64,000 bases of DNA from the NCBI RefSeq assembly GCF_018350175.1, contig NC_058368.1, forward strand, positions 45,696,001 through 45,760,000. Direction: 5' to 3'. The translations under genes were made by a program, and so were the position numbers. This document shows positions 51,176 to 64,000 of the stretch, piece by piece. The notes under the pieces were generated by a model, which ran no database searches, was not told the DNA's origin, and saw only the letters and a list, made by a program, of their open reading frames with translations. Source of the stretch: Felis catus. Taxonomy: Eukaryota. Every line of letters starts with the position of its first letter. Position 1 is the stretch's first letter.

Positions 51176-52029
51176 AAAAAAACTAAGATGTAGGTTGCTG
51201 ACTTAAGAGTTAATAAAGACATAGCCTCCACTAGCAGAATTAATATTCAAATGGCTACATTGTCTCCAAGGCACTTGAATATCAAAAAGGAAGAGGAGAT
51301 TTTATTGATCTGGGAAATGGCAGCGGGTTATGCTTATTGTATATAATAAAGACTATTGATTTTGTTAAGCAGAAAAATGGCACTTTAAAAAGCCCATTTT
51401 GTATCAACTGCAACTGAATGGTACTTTCCACCAGTCTAGAAGTTTTCAGAATCATTTTTAATGGAGCAAGAAGTATAATCTGTCAGGAACATCCTTTATA
51501 CCAACAGAATGAAAGTTCATTGCTATAATGAAGGTTTTCCTCTAATATCTAAATTGAAATTGCCGTCTATTCAACTAACTTAAAATTATAGGCAATGTTC
51601 TCCCTGCAATAAAAGGACCTCATACTCAAGAATAATTTCTTCAGCTCATACCACACCTAAGGAGTTTGAGAGAGAAGAGGTTTCTTCCTAAGAATATATG
51701 GTTATGTCCAAAAGTTGATGAGGCCACTTGAACAGAAAGCCAATACACATTAGTTTAGTAAGTTGTAATTATTTCAGGGAGTAGTAAAACCTAAAGTGCT
51801 CTAGGCTTAGAAGTTACTGCAGTCTACCATCAAATCACTGTTTATTGATGTTTTTTAAATATGCTGACGGAAGTGACAGAGCTTGCTACCGGTTTTATAT
51901 AACTTTCAAATAAGACTAATAATATTTGTGCATTTCTATAGACTAGTGAGTACAATAGTACTCAATGTGGTCTGGGAGAAGGCTTTTATTTTGCTTCTGT
52001 GTTTTAGAATTCACAGACCAACTATGAAA

Positions 52030-54170
52030 TAAGTTGTTGGCAGACAGGGTAGAATCCAAGTTTCACTTAATTTACCATGTATCTGGGACTGATCTCAGAT
52101 TCTGCCAGGGGACAGAGCTCGAAGACATGATCCCAACTCACTGGTGGTAAAGTATGACTTTGTGTCTAAGATCTAGCTAATAGGCTGTGAGAAGTGACAT
52201 ATAACAATTTCAGAGCTGAACTACCAAAGATTTCCCTATGTTTTCACCCATGCTCTGTTCCCTTTCCATCTGTCTGCAATGAACATGGCCCAAGGGGGGA
52301 GGGGGAAAGACAAATACTGGAGATGCCCTAACATCTACCATCCTGAGTCCCTGATTGACAGTATGAAGGAGAATTGCCCTGCCCTGCTTTTTTGCTCACT
52401 CAGAACTATTATATCAGCAAAAAATAGTCACTATGTTTAAGCTATTATTTATATTTGACCTATTATTTGTGAGAATTGCTATCATTATCTTGACTGATAC
52501 AGAAGTTTGTACCTTAAATAGGATATTGTTGTAAAAATAACCAAATTATGGATGTTGACTTATGTTGTGCTTTGAAAGGAACTGTTGCTAGCAACAATTT
52601 GAAAGAAAGACAAGGACTCACCAAGCTTGTGGCTCTAGAGGAAATTTTTGGAAAGAGCCAAGATGGTATTACGTAACATTTTTACTTATTGTTTTCAGCA
52701 ATATATTGAAGAAATGATTTTTAAAAATTAAAGAATTGTCCAGGTTGCAAATAAAAATGAAATGGAAGAGGGGTGCCTGGGTGGCTCAGTCGGTTAAGCG
52801 TCCGACTTCAGCTCAGGTCATAATCTCATAGTTCATGGGTTCGATCTCCACATCAGGCTCTGCACTGACAGCTCAGAGCCTGGAGCCTGCTTCCAATTCT
52901 GTGTCTCCCCCTCTCTCTGCCCCCCCAACCCCTGCTTGTGCACTCCGTGTGCGTGTGTGCTCTCTCAAAAATAAATAAACATTATTTTTTTTTTAAAAAC
53001 AATGAAATGGAAGAGAGAATACTCACAAAACTGTAAACTCCCAGGGTTAAAAAAAAAAAAAAAAAGTCAGCAGCTTCTGGATCCTAAACAGTAGGATCTA
53101 AGTCTTAAAAAAGCTGGAGATCAACAAATTTCGTAAAGACCTCTCAGCTTCAAAAGTTTAAAAAAAAAAAAAAAAAAAAAAAGGATCCAGCCCTTGAGCA
53201 AAGATCAGATGCTTAGTGAAAAGTTGCTACCTTCCCATTAAAATTTATTGTTACCTATGTTTCACCAGGATGAGAAGAGAGATGTATAGAAAACACAGTT
53301 AAGAACTAGGCCAAGTAAAAAGCTTTGGGTCTATTTATAGGTCTTAAAACTGCCTTAAAACAAGTTGGTCAAAAGTATTCCAGATAGGAGGCCAGGAGGG
53401 GGGCGGATTTTATTTCTTTGACTCTTTCCTGAGGAAGCCTCTGTGAGCAAATTTGATTTGCAAACTCTCATCAGAAGAGGACAGATCACATAAACTGTGA
53501 GGCCCTCAAGGAAAACAATCCCAGTGCCTACTTCAGATGTGGCCATAGAGGTAATGAATAAGTAGGACCTCCCAGTAGGTAGAACTAGGGGGCAAGAGAG
53601 AAAAACTGGTAAGAGTGTATTGTGTTGCAGAATCTGGGTACAATGAAGGAATTTTCTCTGGGAAAGAGAAGAGGGTCTTCAAAATACCAAGAGGTTATAT
53701 TATGGCTATGGACCAGCACAGCTTTAGGTCTCTTATTGGGCACATATTTTGGTAACCTTAAAGGTGGCCAGTGATAGAAAATGCTTTTTGTCACAAAATC
53801 TGCATTTTCGTCTTCAGCTTGAACCCAGCTACACTTGCCGTGAGGTATGAAACTGTGCCTGATATCTACCTTAAAGAGTATGAACAGAAATGTGTACCAC
53901 TTCAGGGCCTGGCCCATAAAACTATCCTAAAATAGTTTTTTTTTTCCATTTGGTAACTTGACGATTGGTAGATAACCATCATGTTTAAAAGTCAGAGATG
54001 ACAGATCATCTCTTGTCTGGGTTTCTGCATAATTTTGTGGAAAAGAATCTCTCTCTTATGACCTCTGCATCTGCCCAGGATTTTACGTGAGCATGATAAA
54101 CTTCTAATGTTTTTGAACATTAAAGATTTATGAAGCAAAATTTCTAAGCACTTAGCATTAATCTAATACT
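52030..54170 (+). mobile_element. Old MaLR (MLT1-type) element with LTR-internal-LTR structure, interrupted by a SINE
   Basis: First LTR ends tgactgataca, followed by internal start gaagtttgtacc (about 52501); second LTR-like block about 53760-54170 (gtgtaccacttcagggcctggcccataaaa...tacgtgagcatgataaacttcta...ctaatac). Confidence 0.6.
52770..53000 (+). mobile_element. Can-SINE
   Basis: TSD AATGAAATGGAAGAG at 52756-52770 and 53001-53015. Confidence 0.96.
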
Positions 54171-54234
54171 CATGTTCCTTGGTTCTCCCTGTTCTGAAAA
54201 ATACTACAAAATAGAAGGATGAGATAACATTTTT

Positions 54235-54412
54235 GGGGGGTGCCAGGGTGACTCGGTTGAGCAATCCACTGTTGGTTTCGGCTCAGTTCATAATCCCAGG
54301 GTCGTGGCATCCAGCCCCACATCTGGCTCTGCACTGAGCTGAGTGTGGAGCCTGCTTAAGATTCTCTCTCCCTCTGCCCTTCCCCCCTGCTCACGTGGCG
54401 CGCGTGGGCGCG

Positions 54413-54446
<34 letters not shown>

Positions 54447-54476
54447 GCCCACAGGTTCGTGCTAAGAAAAAAAAAA
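54235..54476 (+). mobile_element. Older Can-SINE with a (CG)/(CA) microsatellite in its 3' part
   Basis: Diverged head gggggtgccagggtgactcggttgagc; gtggagcctgcttaagattctctctc; A tail. Confidence 0.9.
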
Positions 54477-57400
54477 ACATGTTTTGAAGGAGGATACTAT
54501 GACTCCATGAATAAAACTGATGATTAAACTTCTACTTCAAGGAATTATAGAAAATTAAACACAGCTAAGTACTGGAATAGCCAAGAAATGCCAACTATGT
54601 TTTATATTTAGATATATCAGTGATTCAGAATTTGTGTGAAATACTTAAATTTATATATAAAATAGGATGTATGAAAGATTCACATTTTGGCTTCCTGTAG
54701 ATTCTAATCCCTGTTTACCTGTATAGTTGAGTAGATTTTCATCCCCAAATTAAGTTTTTTTATATTACTTTGTTATTTGTAATTTAAGCTGAAGAAGATC
54801 TTTGCAATTTATGAAAACTTCACCTGAGAATCAATTTTATTGCAGTCATAGAAGTTACAAATATTATTACTTGCTAAAATGCATTTCTGCCTATCAGCTC
54901 AGTTTAAGTAGATGAGTTCCATGATTACGCCAGCTAAGTGATTTATATTCTTCTGAGCTTCCATGGCAATTTGTAATTTTATATTACTTTATACTTTCTG
55001 CCATATATTATAGTTTCTTTTATGGATCTCTTATTGCAGAAAGCTCTTTGAATGTTTTCATTTGGTTCATCCTTTGTCCTGTATCTTCAAGCCTCTGCAA
55101 CATGTTATAATTGGATTTTTGTTTTCCTCAATAATATATACTAATGCACCCATTTATTTATGTACCAGGTCTCTTTCAGGTCCAGCACCGTACCAGAACA
55201 TGACTGGAACTAAATTTTAAAGAATATCATGGTAGTACACAAATCACAAAGGAGAACTTCTGTGTCATGATGGCTGCACCACTATCAACAGGCTCCCCTA
55301 CTCCTGAGTTTCTATCTAATGTAAAGTTTGCATTTCTGATACTGTTCATGGTTCCCACACTCTAGGTTTGGCAGCCACTGGCTCCCTGTTAAACCCATCC
55401 AGCCTGAATTTCCACTTGACCAAATTCAATATGTAGAAGGAAAGTATACTTCAATTTACTAAGGGTCAGGGCCATTTACAATCGATATAAAACTATTCAA
55501 AGTAATATTTGTCTATATAAATGAGCAAAAAAGTAATACATTTCCCTACTTGTAACAAATGTGACAGTTTTACATGTAAGGAATACAATTCTCAAGGAAT
55601 TACATAGTTTAAAAAAGACAAAAAAACAAAAACCCTTCAGTCTTTCCAGAAAAGCAACTCTGAAACTAAACCAAAGAAATAGAAGCAATCCTTGTTCTTT
55701 CTTAGAGGATGCCCTTGGAGTCAGTGAAATGTTCAAAATAACAACAAATTCTTCTTAGAGAAAAGGGGATGTATGAAAATCTGTCTCTGAAGATCTTGTG
55801 GTCTCTATGAAACATAGTTTCTGATCCATAATCTATCCATAATAGATAGCTTTTTATCTTATAAGCCATATGTACACTTTATATGCATTATCTTCAGACA
55901 AATATATTTGCTCTTTTGTACCTCAAAATTTGACACTAAGTAATGTAGAGAAGTGTTGAAACACTATATTGGACACCTGAAAATAATACAACACCGTTAA
56001 ATTATGCTGGAATTAAAAGTATTTTTTAAGTAATCCTGAAAAAATTATCATAAAATTAAAAAAAATAGTGATTTTTCCCCTAAAATCCTTTTCTAAAATT
56101 AAGAGGCAATGATGATTGGGTTTCTTTTTGAAGAAAACTGGTGAGGGAAGTAGATCCACAAAGAGAGGTGGGAGAGGAAACTGGGGGTTATCAAGAGGCA
56201 TTCGTCACTGTGGCATCAGTGTTAGCAGATGAAAGCAGTTGATCCCTTTCTAGGTCGGAGGAAAAAGAACATATTGTGCAATTATGTCCTGTGCTGAATA
56301 TATTGTTGGCATTCAACCAATTAATAATAACAAGAATGAAAACAACTCTGTCTGCGATAAGAATAAGGCTTCCAATATTAGTCACAGTCTGCTTAGCTTT
56401 AGGCTGGCTTAGATAAATGTAGTAAAGACAAGGAAAACATCCCACTCCACACTTTTTGGCTAATTTAATATCTTTGCTAAGTGCTTAGGTAGTATGGTGA
56501 CAGGCATAAAGAAAATGCATGGATTGATTGCACTGATAGATAAATAGAGTCCATTTTAGCACAAAGAAAAACCTTTATAATTAGATGTGAATACCTGGTT
56601 TCTTGCCATCTATCACATATGCAAGTTTGGGAAAGTATTTTTGTAATGAATTAGAAATGAGTAATATTTCATAATACTCATGATGCATTATACACATCCT
56701 GCCATAAATGGCTCAGTCTATACTGACAATCAGATTCAGAAATGGTTCAACTCATTGCAAAGACCTTTCCACATACCTCCCTGCCAAAATTTTTTGAGCA
56801 ACTTAGCATTTTTGTCAAACACTTGAGTCATCCAAATTTCACAAATGTTTTGTGTAATTTTCCTGAAGCATATACTGAAGTCCTATAAGTTCTTGGCAAA
56901 TAGAAATCCAATGATAAGTATCTGGTCCATAAATTCAGGAGATACGAGGCCCATAAAAATGTTTTAGGGCCCTAATTTGACCAAATAATACCAGTAAGAA
57001 AATAAGCAAAGTGAGCATTTTAAACAAAATGAATTTTAGTAAATAAAGCAACAGTATGCATTCTAGTTTATATTCAGGCCCTAACACTGGACCAAGGGAA
57101 AAATTGAAATAATTACACCCTGTAGCCTCTAATTTTATAAGGAAGCTAAAACAAACACAAAAAGAAAGAAAAGGAGAGGGGAGAGAGAATGGAGAGGGAG
57201 ACTAAGACTGTAGCAAGATGTTTGATTAATTCTACGCAGATTTGGCCAGCATGAAAAACATTGATCAGATACACAGAACATACGAGAAAGCAGAACAATG
57301 GCTATGGTAAATAAGGACCAAGCCTATAGTCTACAGCAAGCTCGAGATTTTGTTGTTATTCTGGAGTAGTAAAGGTAGTAACAAAATTGTTACAGTAATA

Positions 57401-58921
57401 ACAAAATTATAAACTAAAAATAATCTGAGTTTATATGAAGGTACCCCTTTAGAGAAGAGTGGCTGTCTTCTCCAGGTCAGGGCTGGCCTCTCAACTTTCC
57501 CCTACACAAAACGAGGGAAAGCAGACAGTAATTTTACCAAAGGTTTGTGCTTATGTCTTAAATATTACCATCCAAAGTTCCAAAGTAAATAAAACTACGA
57601 TAACAAGACCTGTCATGATCAGGAGAAACCAATAAGGCAGATCATCTCTAAGAAAACTTACTTAATATAAATTAGATGGTTTGTTTGCTATCTTTTCCCT
57701 TAAACTTCTGGCTACTATCAGCACAAGGTGGGGTTCTTGAAGTCCTATTTTTAAAATGTTAATTTCTTATGCAAAATACAACAGGGAACTTGTTGATTTT
57801 TATTCAATTTCACAAGAATTTGGGGAAACATATAAAAGGTTAGTTTTAAGAGTTTTATGTATAAATTTCAATCGATTTTTAGAAAATAATGACTAAAATG
57901 ACAATAAAGACAATGAAGCCAGGGAATAAAATTATTAATGGGTCTGAATGGCTTCATATCCTTAAATCCCTGTCTCAGGTAAACCTTTGACAATAAAAAT
58001 GTACAAAATACATTTGGACAATTAGAAAATAATGAAAAGCATTCAAGAATGACATTTGACAAAGGCAGATAAGGGAATACTGTACTTGAAAAAATGAGCA
58101 TTTATAGATCAGCTGCCCCTGATGTGATATATCATAGATTATTAAGAAAATTGTATACCAGTATACTGAATCAATTGCAATTAGCTTAGGGGCAAAAGGA
58201 AAATGGACTATACCTAATTAGTTATGACAATGAAAGATGTTGATTCAATGGAAGATGTTTATAAGTTATAAATGAGATAAAAACATAAAATTAAGAAAAT
58301 AAGTCTACATTTATACTACATATATAAACCTAGCAAGGAAACAATTACAGAAAGACTATCATTGAAGGAAAATATACAGTAAACAAAAAAGATGAAACAG
58401 TTATAACAGAATGAGCTACGAAGAAGATCTAAAGCAGGTGTCATGAAGTTGTAACAGGATAGTATGAATGACTAGGTGTTCTGCAGCCATGACCCTTGAA
58501 ATAACAGAGCTAAATTTATAATCCCAACCTGTTATTTACTAGCTGCATGACTTTGGACAGGCTGCTACCTTTTTTGATCTTCACTTTCCTGCCCTGTTAA
58601 AGACACAAAGATCTGTATCAGGAGTTGATACAGCAAGGTATTAAAAAGACCTAGCTTAAATTGAGAAACTGGTATATGGATTCTATTCAAGCCTAAAGTG
58701 AGTTAAACTAACTCCTCCTTTATTCATACATTGTTCGAATGGTGTCTCTTTGGTTACTGTGATTTCTTTGCTAAATTCCTCAAAATCAGTACCTCAGAAA
58801 ACATATCCAATTAATGAATGCATACACATTAAAAGGGGGTATAAAAGCCCGGAACTCTCTTTCCTACTATTACAGTTACATAATTGTAACTATAACCATT
58901 TTATTTAAAATCACAAAACTT

Positions 58922-59146
58922 GGGGCGCCTGGGTGGCGCAGTCGGTTAAGCGTCCGACTTCAGCCGGGTCACGATCTCGCGGTCCATGAGTCCGAGCCCC
59001 GCGTCAGGCTCTGGGCTGATGGCTCAGAGCCTGGAGCCTGTTTCCGATTCTGGGTCTCCCTCTCTCTCTGCCCCTCCCCCTTTCATGCTCTGTCTCTCTC
59101 TGTCCCAAAAATAAATAAACGTTGAAAAAAAAATTTAAAAAAAAAA
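58922..59146 (+). mobile_element. Young SINEC_Fc
   Basis: Near-consensus; TSD TAAAATCACAAAA(C/T)TT. Confidence 0.98.
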
Positions 59147-59220
59147 TAAAATCACAAAATTTAAATAAGGCTAGAGAAGAACTTCACAGAAAATGTGATT
59201 TAAAATCCTCTCTTCAATAT

Positions 59221-59266
59221 ATTATATATACATACATATATATACATATACACACACACACACACG

Positions 59267-59332
<66 letters not shown>
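59221..59332 (+). repeat. Compound (TA)/(CA) microsatellite ending in about 32 perfect TA units (59268-59332)
   Basis: Read directly. Confidence 0.97.
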
Positions 59333-59334
<2 letters not shown>

Positions 59335-59335
<1 letters not shown>

Positions 59336-59522
59336 GAATACCTGGGTCGCTCAGTTGGTCAAGCATCTGACTTGATCTTGGCTCAGGTCACGATGTCATG
59401 GTTCATGAGATCAAGCCCTGAGTCAGGGTCTGCACTGACAGCATGAAGCTTGCTTAGGATTCTCGCTTTCCTCCTTTCTGCACCACCCTTCCCTCCCCCT
59501 CTCAAAATAAATAAGCTTTAAA
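59335..59522 (+). mobile_element. Older Can-SINE
   Basis: ggaatacctgggtcgctcagttggtcaagcatctgactt head; aataaataa tail. Confidence 0.9.
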
Positions 59523-62500
59523 ATATATGTTTTTTATCAGAAATATATGTTTCTTATTTATGTCCATGCCTTAAAGGTTATTTCTTAAAATGAAAATAAG
59601 ATTTTTAATTTTGATACTTACAAAAATTCCAATTCAATAGACAATTCTTTCTATGCACTAAAATTAGTCTTTACCAATGATTATTTTCTTTCTTTGCAAT
59701 ATGCATCCTCTGATTTTAAAATATTTGTTTTAGGTTTTAAGATTTAGAAATAAAAAAAATACTTTGTGAAAAATTTACAAAGGAATGGAATAAAGCAAGA
59801 ATGCATTATATCTATTTTGTTTTGTTTATAATAACATGTTGCATTAATCAAGGCTTCATTCAGATAAATTGAAACTGGTTCAATTTCTTCTTGTCAAGGA
59901 GACAAATATAAATGTTGTACAATTGTATAATTGATTTTGTGATTCAAAAGGGGCTCTTTGGTAGAGATAATTTATCAAGGATGACAAAAATGGTAAATGA
60001 GTATTTCCTTCGAATCTGAAGAATTTTCTCATTGAAATGTTCAATTTACAAATGTTCAATGTTATAATGATTAAAGATTTTTCTTTCAAAATTTGTTCTT
60101 TTAAACTCTCCTCAAACCTACAGTTTTTAATCGATTCAGTTTTTCACCTTTCTTTCAATGTTTGGTTTTATTCAAAAAAAAACTATGAAGGAAAGGCAGT
60201 GGTATGGGTAGATTAAATAGAAATATTAATAATTAGCTGAGCTTCACAATTAATCTTCTAAACCCTATACACATCGTCAATTTAGGTTGTAGCTTAAACA
60301 TTATTTTCAAAAATAATATTTGATGTCAAGTAATTTAAATAATTCTGCTGAATTTTATTTATGGATCACATGCCTTAAAATATTACTCAAAAGCTTTCAT
60401 ATGTAGGTTTTTCTGGTTTATCATTCTCATTTGGTTTGTAGCTACATATATTTTCACTGTGTCTATACATAATAATATTGGGAAAATAATAACCTTCAAG
60501 GCATCAGATGAATTCTCTGGTGATGTCACTTTCACTCTGACATTTATACTGACTTCATTTATGACAGACTGAAGGTGATGAACAGGTCCAAGCAAGAGGT
60601 CACCTTGTGTCAAGACTGGTATACAATCTGTCAAATGCAGTGACTGTGAGTCTGCTAATGAGGAATTAACTAGACAGAATGTTGCTATTTGACTGTTTTC
60701 ATGCACTCCAAACCTGTTAAACAATGCTAATCAGGTGTTTATTAAGTGAAACCATTATGCCAAACTTGCTGCAAACCTCACCATATGTCAGAGAGGTTGT
60801 AACATATTATTCATCCATTTTAAAGCTAGATTAATAGGAGTCATTTACTAAACTTTTCTTTTCTTAGCCTTTGGCTATGCCTTGGAATCAAGGTTATACT
60901 TTTATTTAAATTTTTCTTAAAAAAAGGACACAACTCCAGAAAACTATTTTAAGTTAGTGCCTCTTGGTTGAAAAGCTCTTTTCATTTGTTTTTATAGTGA
61001 AAAATCAACTATTTTAATAAGGTGAGTAACAGAACATATCGATTTAAGCAAAATTGGTCTAATCAGTAATTTTTTGATAATGGAATGACTTAAAATATTT
61101 ATTATATAAAATTACCAATATCAGGATGGAAGCAGGCACATTTGTTTTCAGGGGTCTTCACTTTATAAATTCATTAGGAACAAAAAGGCAGTTGTAAATA
61201 ACTCCTGATTGGGTATAATTAAAGTTATCTAAGGACTTCTTCTAATCTTTTATGAGCCAGCAATTCCTTTATACAAAAAGACATTAATTATGAGCTCCCT
61301 GTAAATTGATACCCAATAGATAAAACATTTCATAACCTTCCATATAGTATATTCCTCTTCGCTAAAAGCAGTGTCACTACTTTTTCCATATAAGCCTTCC
61401 ATCTCTTACAATAGTTATTTCTGTACTCTCTGTATTTTAACATGTTTTCACATTATAAGAAAATAGCCTTTAAGTCATCATATCTAAGTTCACATGCAGA
61501 AGTGTCAGCCTACACCCCCTATGATTTGAACAAGTCATGTAATCTATCAATTATAAAATTTGGATCAAACTATTTTTCCGGCATGAGTTTTGAAATAACA
61601 AAAGTGAATTGATATATAATGCAAATTTTCATTGAAAAGTAGTTTGAAATTAAAGCTAAGATCAAAGTTCATGTGAGTAACTAACAAACATTTTAAATAC
61701 ACGTGAAAATATTTTATAATCTGTTATGTATCAACAGTATTTTTATGACAACATCATACTCCATTCTGTCACCATCCGCCCACCTCACACATTCCATGTG
61801 CTTAGATATTTCTACCCAGCTAGGAATCAAGCTGCTAAAAGATGTAGCAAAAAACTACACCTTTAACATCTTTAAAAGTCATCTATCAAAACCCACCTGA
61901 AATAATAATGTATTTTGTACAGAAGGCAGTAACATTTTATTGGTGGTCTACACATATAGGAGATTTAATGGCCAGTTTGAAAGCTTCCACTTTATTTTCT
62001 AGGCTGTTGAAATTTCCTGAAGAAAATTCATAGTTTCTTAGAAATTTGCCAAGACTTTTTCAGTTTCAAAATTGGAATTAGATGTCCTTTCTGTGGATTC
62101 CCATAACACTGTACTTCTTTTATCAGAACATTTTCAACATCTCACTAAATATAAGTTCTATGAGTATAGGGACTATGAGGTATAGACAGACAGATGTATA
62201 CATTCCTAACAGTCTCATATATACACACATTTAGACAGATATACATAGGTTTGTGTTTGTATATGCCTAGAACAAGACATGGCACATAGTGTGTGTTCAA
62301 TACAAGAAATTCTTTAATTTGCTGAAATGGTAGATGAAAACTCAGTTATTTTGGCTGTGAGAAGAAAAATTCATTAATCAGTACATAAACTGGAAAAAAA
62401 TAAGACTATGGACGAGAATTTCCTTTTGGTTTAGATCTTTTGAGTCCTTTTGCCTGATAAAGATGGCTGGAGATACTCCCTCCTCATGTTTCCACTGTCT

Positions 62501-62690
62501 CCAATAATTTAGACATTGGAGCAAATCATAGATAATGTAAATTAAGACACATAGGAACCTCAAAATGGAAATCACAGAACGAGTATTTTTAAAGAAACAT
62601 GGAATTTTTAAGGCAAATGAAATCTGAAGGTTTTTTTAGTTTATCCTCCAAACAATATATTACAGTCGTTCATTATATAAACACTGTAGC

Positions 62691-63925
62691 ATCACAACTG
62701 ACACCACAGAAATACAAAGGATTACAAGAGATTATCAAAAATGGATAAATTCCTATAAACAATCTTCCAAAACTGAATCAGGAAGGAAAGCAACATTTGA
62801 ACAGACTAATTCCTAACAATGAAATTGAATCAATAATCAAAAAACTCCCAGCAAACAGAAGCCTAGGACCAGACAGCTCGTCAGGTGAATTCTACCCAAC
62901 CTTTAAAGAACAGTTATTAATACCTCTTCTTCTGGAAGTATTCCAAAATGGAAGAGGAAGATTCCAAACCCATTCCACAAGGCCAGCATTACCCTGACCA
63001 CAACCAGATAAAGACACTACAAGAAAGGAAGGAGGGAAGGGGGTGGGGAGGAGAAAGAAAATTATAGGTCTGTAGCTCTGATCAACACAGATGCAAAAAA
63101 TCCTCAAAATATTAGCAAACCAAATCAATAATGCATTTAAACCACCATTCACCATGACCAAGTGGGATTTACTCCTCAGTTGCAAGGGTGGTTCAGTATT
63201 CACAAACTGATCAACAGGATATATCACATCAACAAGAGAAAGGATAAAAACCATATGATCATCTTAATAGATGCAGAAAAAGCATTTAACAAAGCACAAC
63301 ATCCCATTCATGATAAAAACTCTCAACAAGGTATGTTTTGAGGAAACATGCCTCCACATGATAAAGGCCATTAAAACCCCACAGCGGACATCATACTCAA
63401 TGGTGAAAAACTGGGAGCTTCTCCCCTAAGTCAGGAACAAGATAAGGATGTCGACTCTCAGAATTTTTATTCAACACAGTCCTGAAAGTCCTAGCCACAG
63501 CCATCAGACAAGAAATAAAGGCATCCAAATTACTAAGAAATGAAACTATCACTATTTGCAGATAACATGCTACTACATATAGAAAACCATAAAAGCTCCA
63601 CACAATGAACACTAGAAGTAATAAATGAATTCAGTAAAATTGCAGGACAAAATTAATATACAGAAATCTGCTGTGTTATTTAACATGAAGTATAAGAAAG
63701 CAATCCCATTTACAATTGCACCAAAAATAATACTTAGGAATACATTCTACTCTGAAAACTATAAAACACTGATGAAAGAACCTGAAGGTAACACAAATGG
63801 AAAGACATTTCATGCTTATAGTTTGGAAGAACCAATATTGTTAAAATGTCCATACCACCCAAAACAATATACAGACTTAACACAATACAATCCCTATCAA
63901 AATACCAACAATTTTTTTCACCAAG
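62691..63925 (+). mobile_element. L1 ORF2 reverse-transcriptase region remnant (pseudogenised)
   Basis: NRLIPNNEIESIIKKLP...SLGPD...[32 protein letters not shown] (degenerate FADD); many indels. Confidence 0.93.
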
Positions 63926-64000
63926 AAAAAACAAAAAGATACCTGCTACAAATGGATGCCTGTTTTCTATTTGAATATTTTTATTACTACACATAATCAT

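Noticed and set aside
17599..59125. Recurrent similar ORFs (GAPGWRSRLSVRLQPGHDL..., MSNFGSGHD..., WVAQSV...) suggesting a gene family
   Set aside because: All are readings of Can-SINE copies
62691..63996. Reverse-transcriptase ORFs as a functional or domesticated RT
   Set aside because: Fragmented by stops and indels, with a degenerate catalytic motif (FADN); an ordinary dead L1
1..64000. CRISPR array, operon or other prokaryotic/viral system
   Set aside because: No regular repeat-spacer array or dense coding; the content is typical mammalian repeat-rich non-coding DNA

Overview
AT-rich mammalian genomic DNA, almost certainly from a felid: it carries many tRNA-derived Can-SINEs of the SINEC_Fc type and felid/carnivore-type L1 3' ends. 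The window looks intronic or intergenic and is dominated by transposon remnants: about 20 Can-SINEs, young and ancient L1 fragments, L2/MIR, solo LTRs with intact TSDs, ERVL and MaLR remnants, and Tigger2a- and MER20-like DNA transposons. No protein-coding gene could be named. Most ORFs in the track are repeat-derived or chance ORFs. Best leads: (i) a chain of small + strand exon candidates with good splice sites (18.5-28.0 kb), possibly the 3' end of an unidentified transcript; (ii) an L1 insertion with about 59 nt of non-L1 sequence inside its TSDs; (iii) a 61-unit perfect (AAGGA)n expansion inside a solo LTR, with an unexpanded relative in the same window; (iv) a TATA-box/first-exon-like module on the - strand near 4.85 kb. 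Repeat family names come from recalled consensus sequences, not a search, and the boundaries of old repeats are approximate. I see no evidence for a wholly new biological system.
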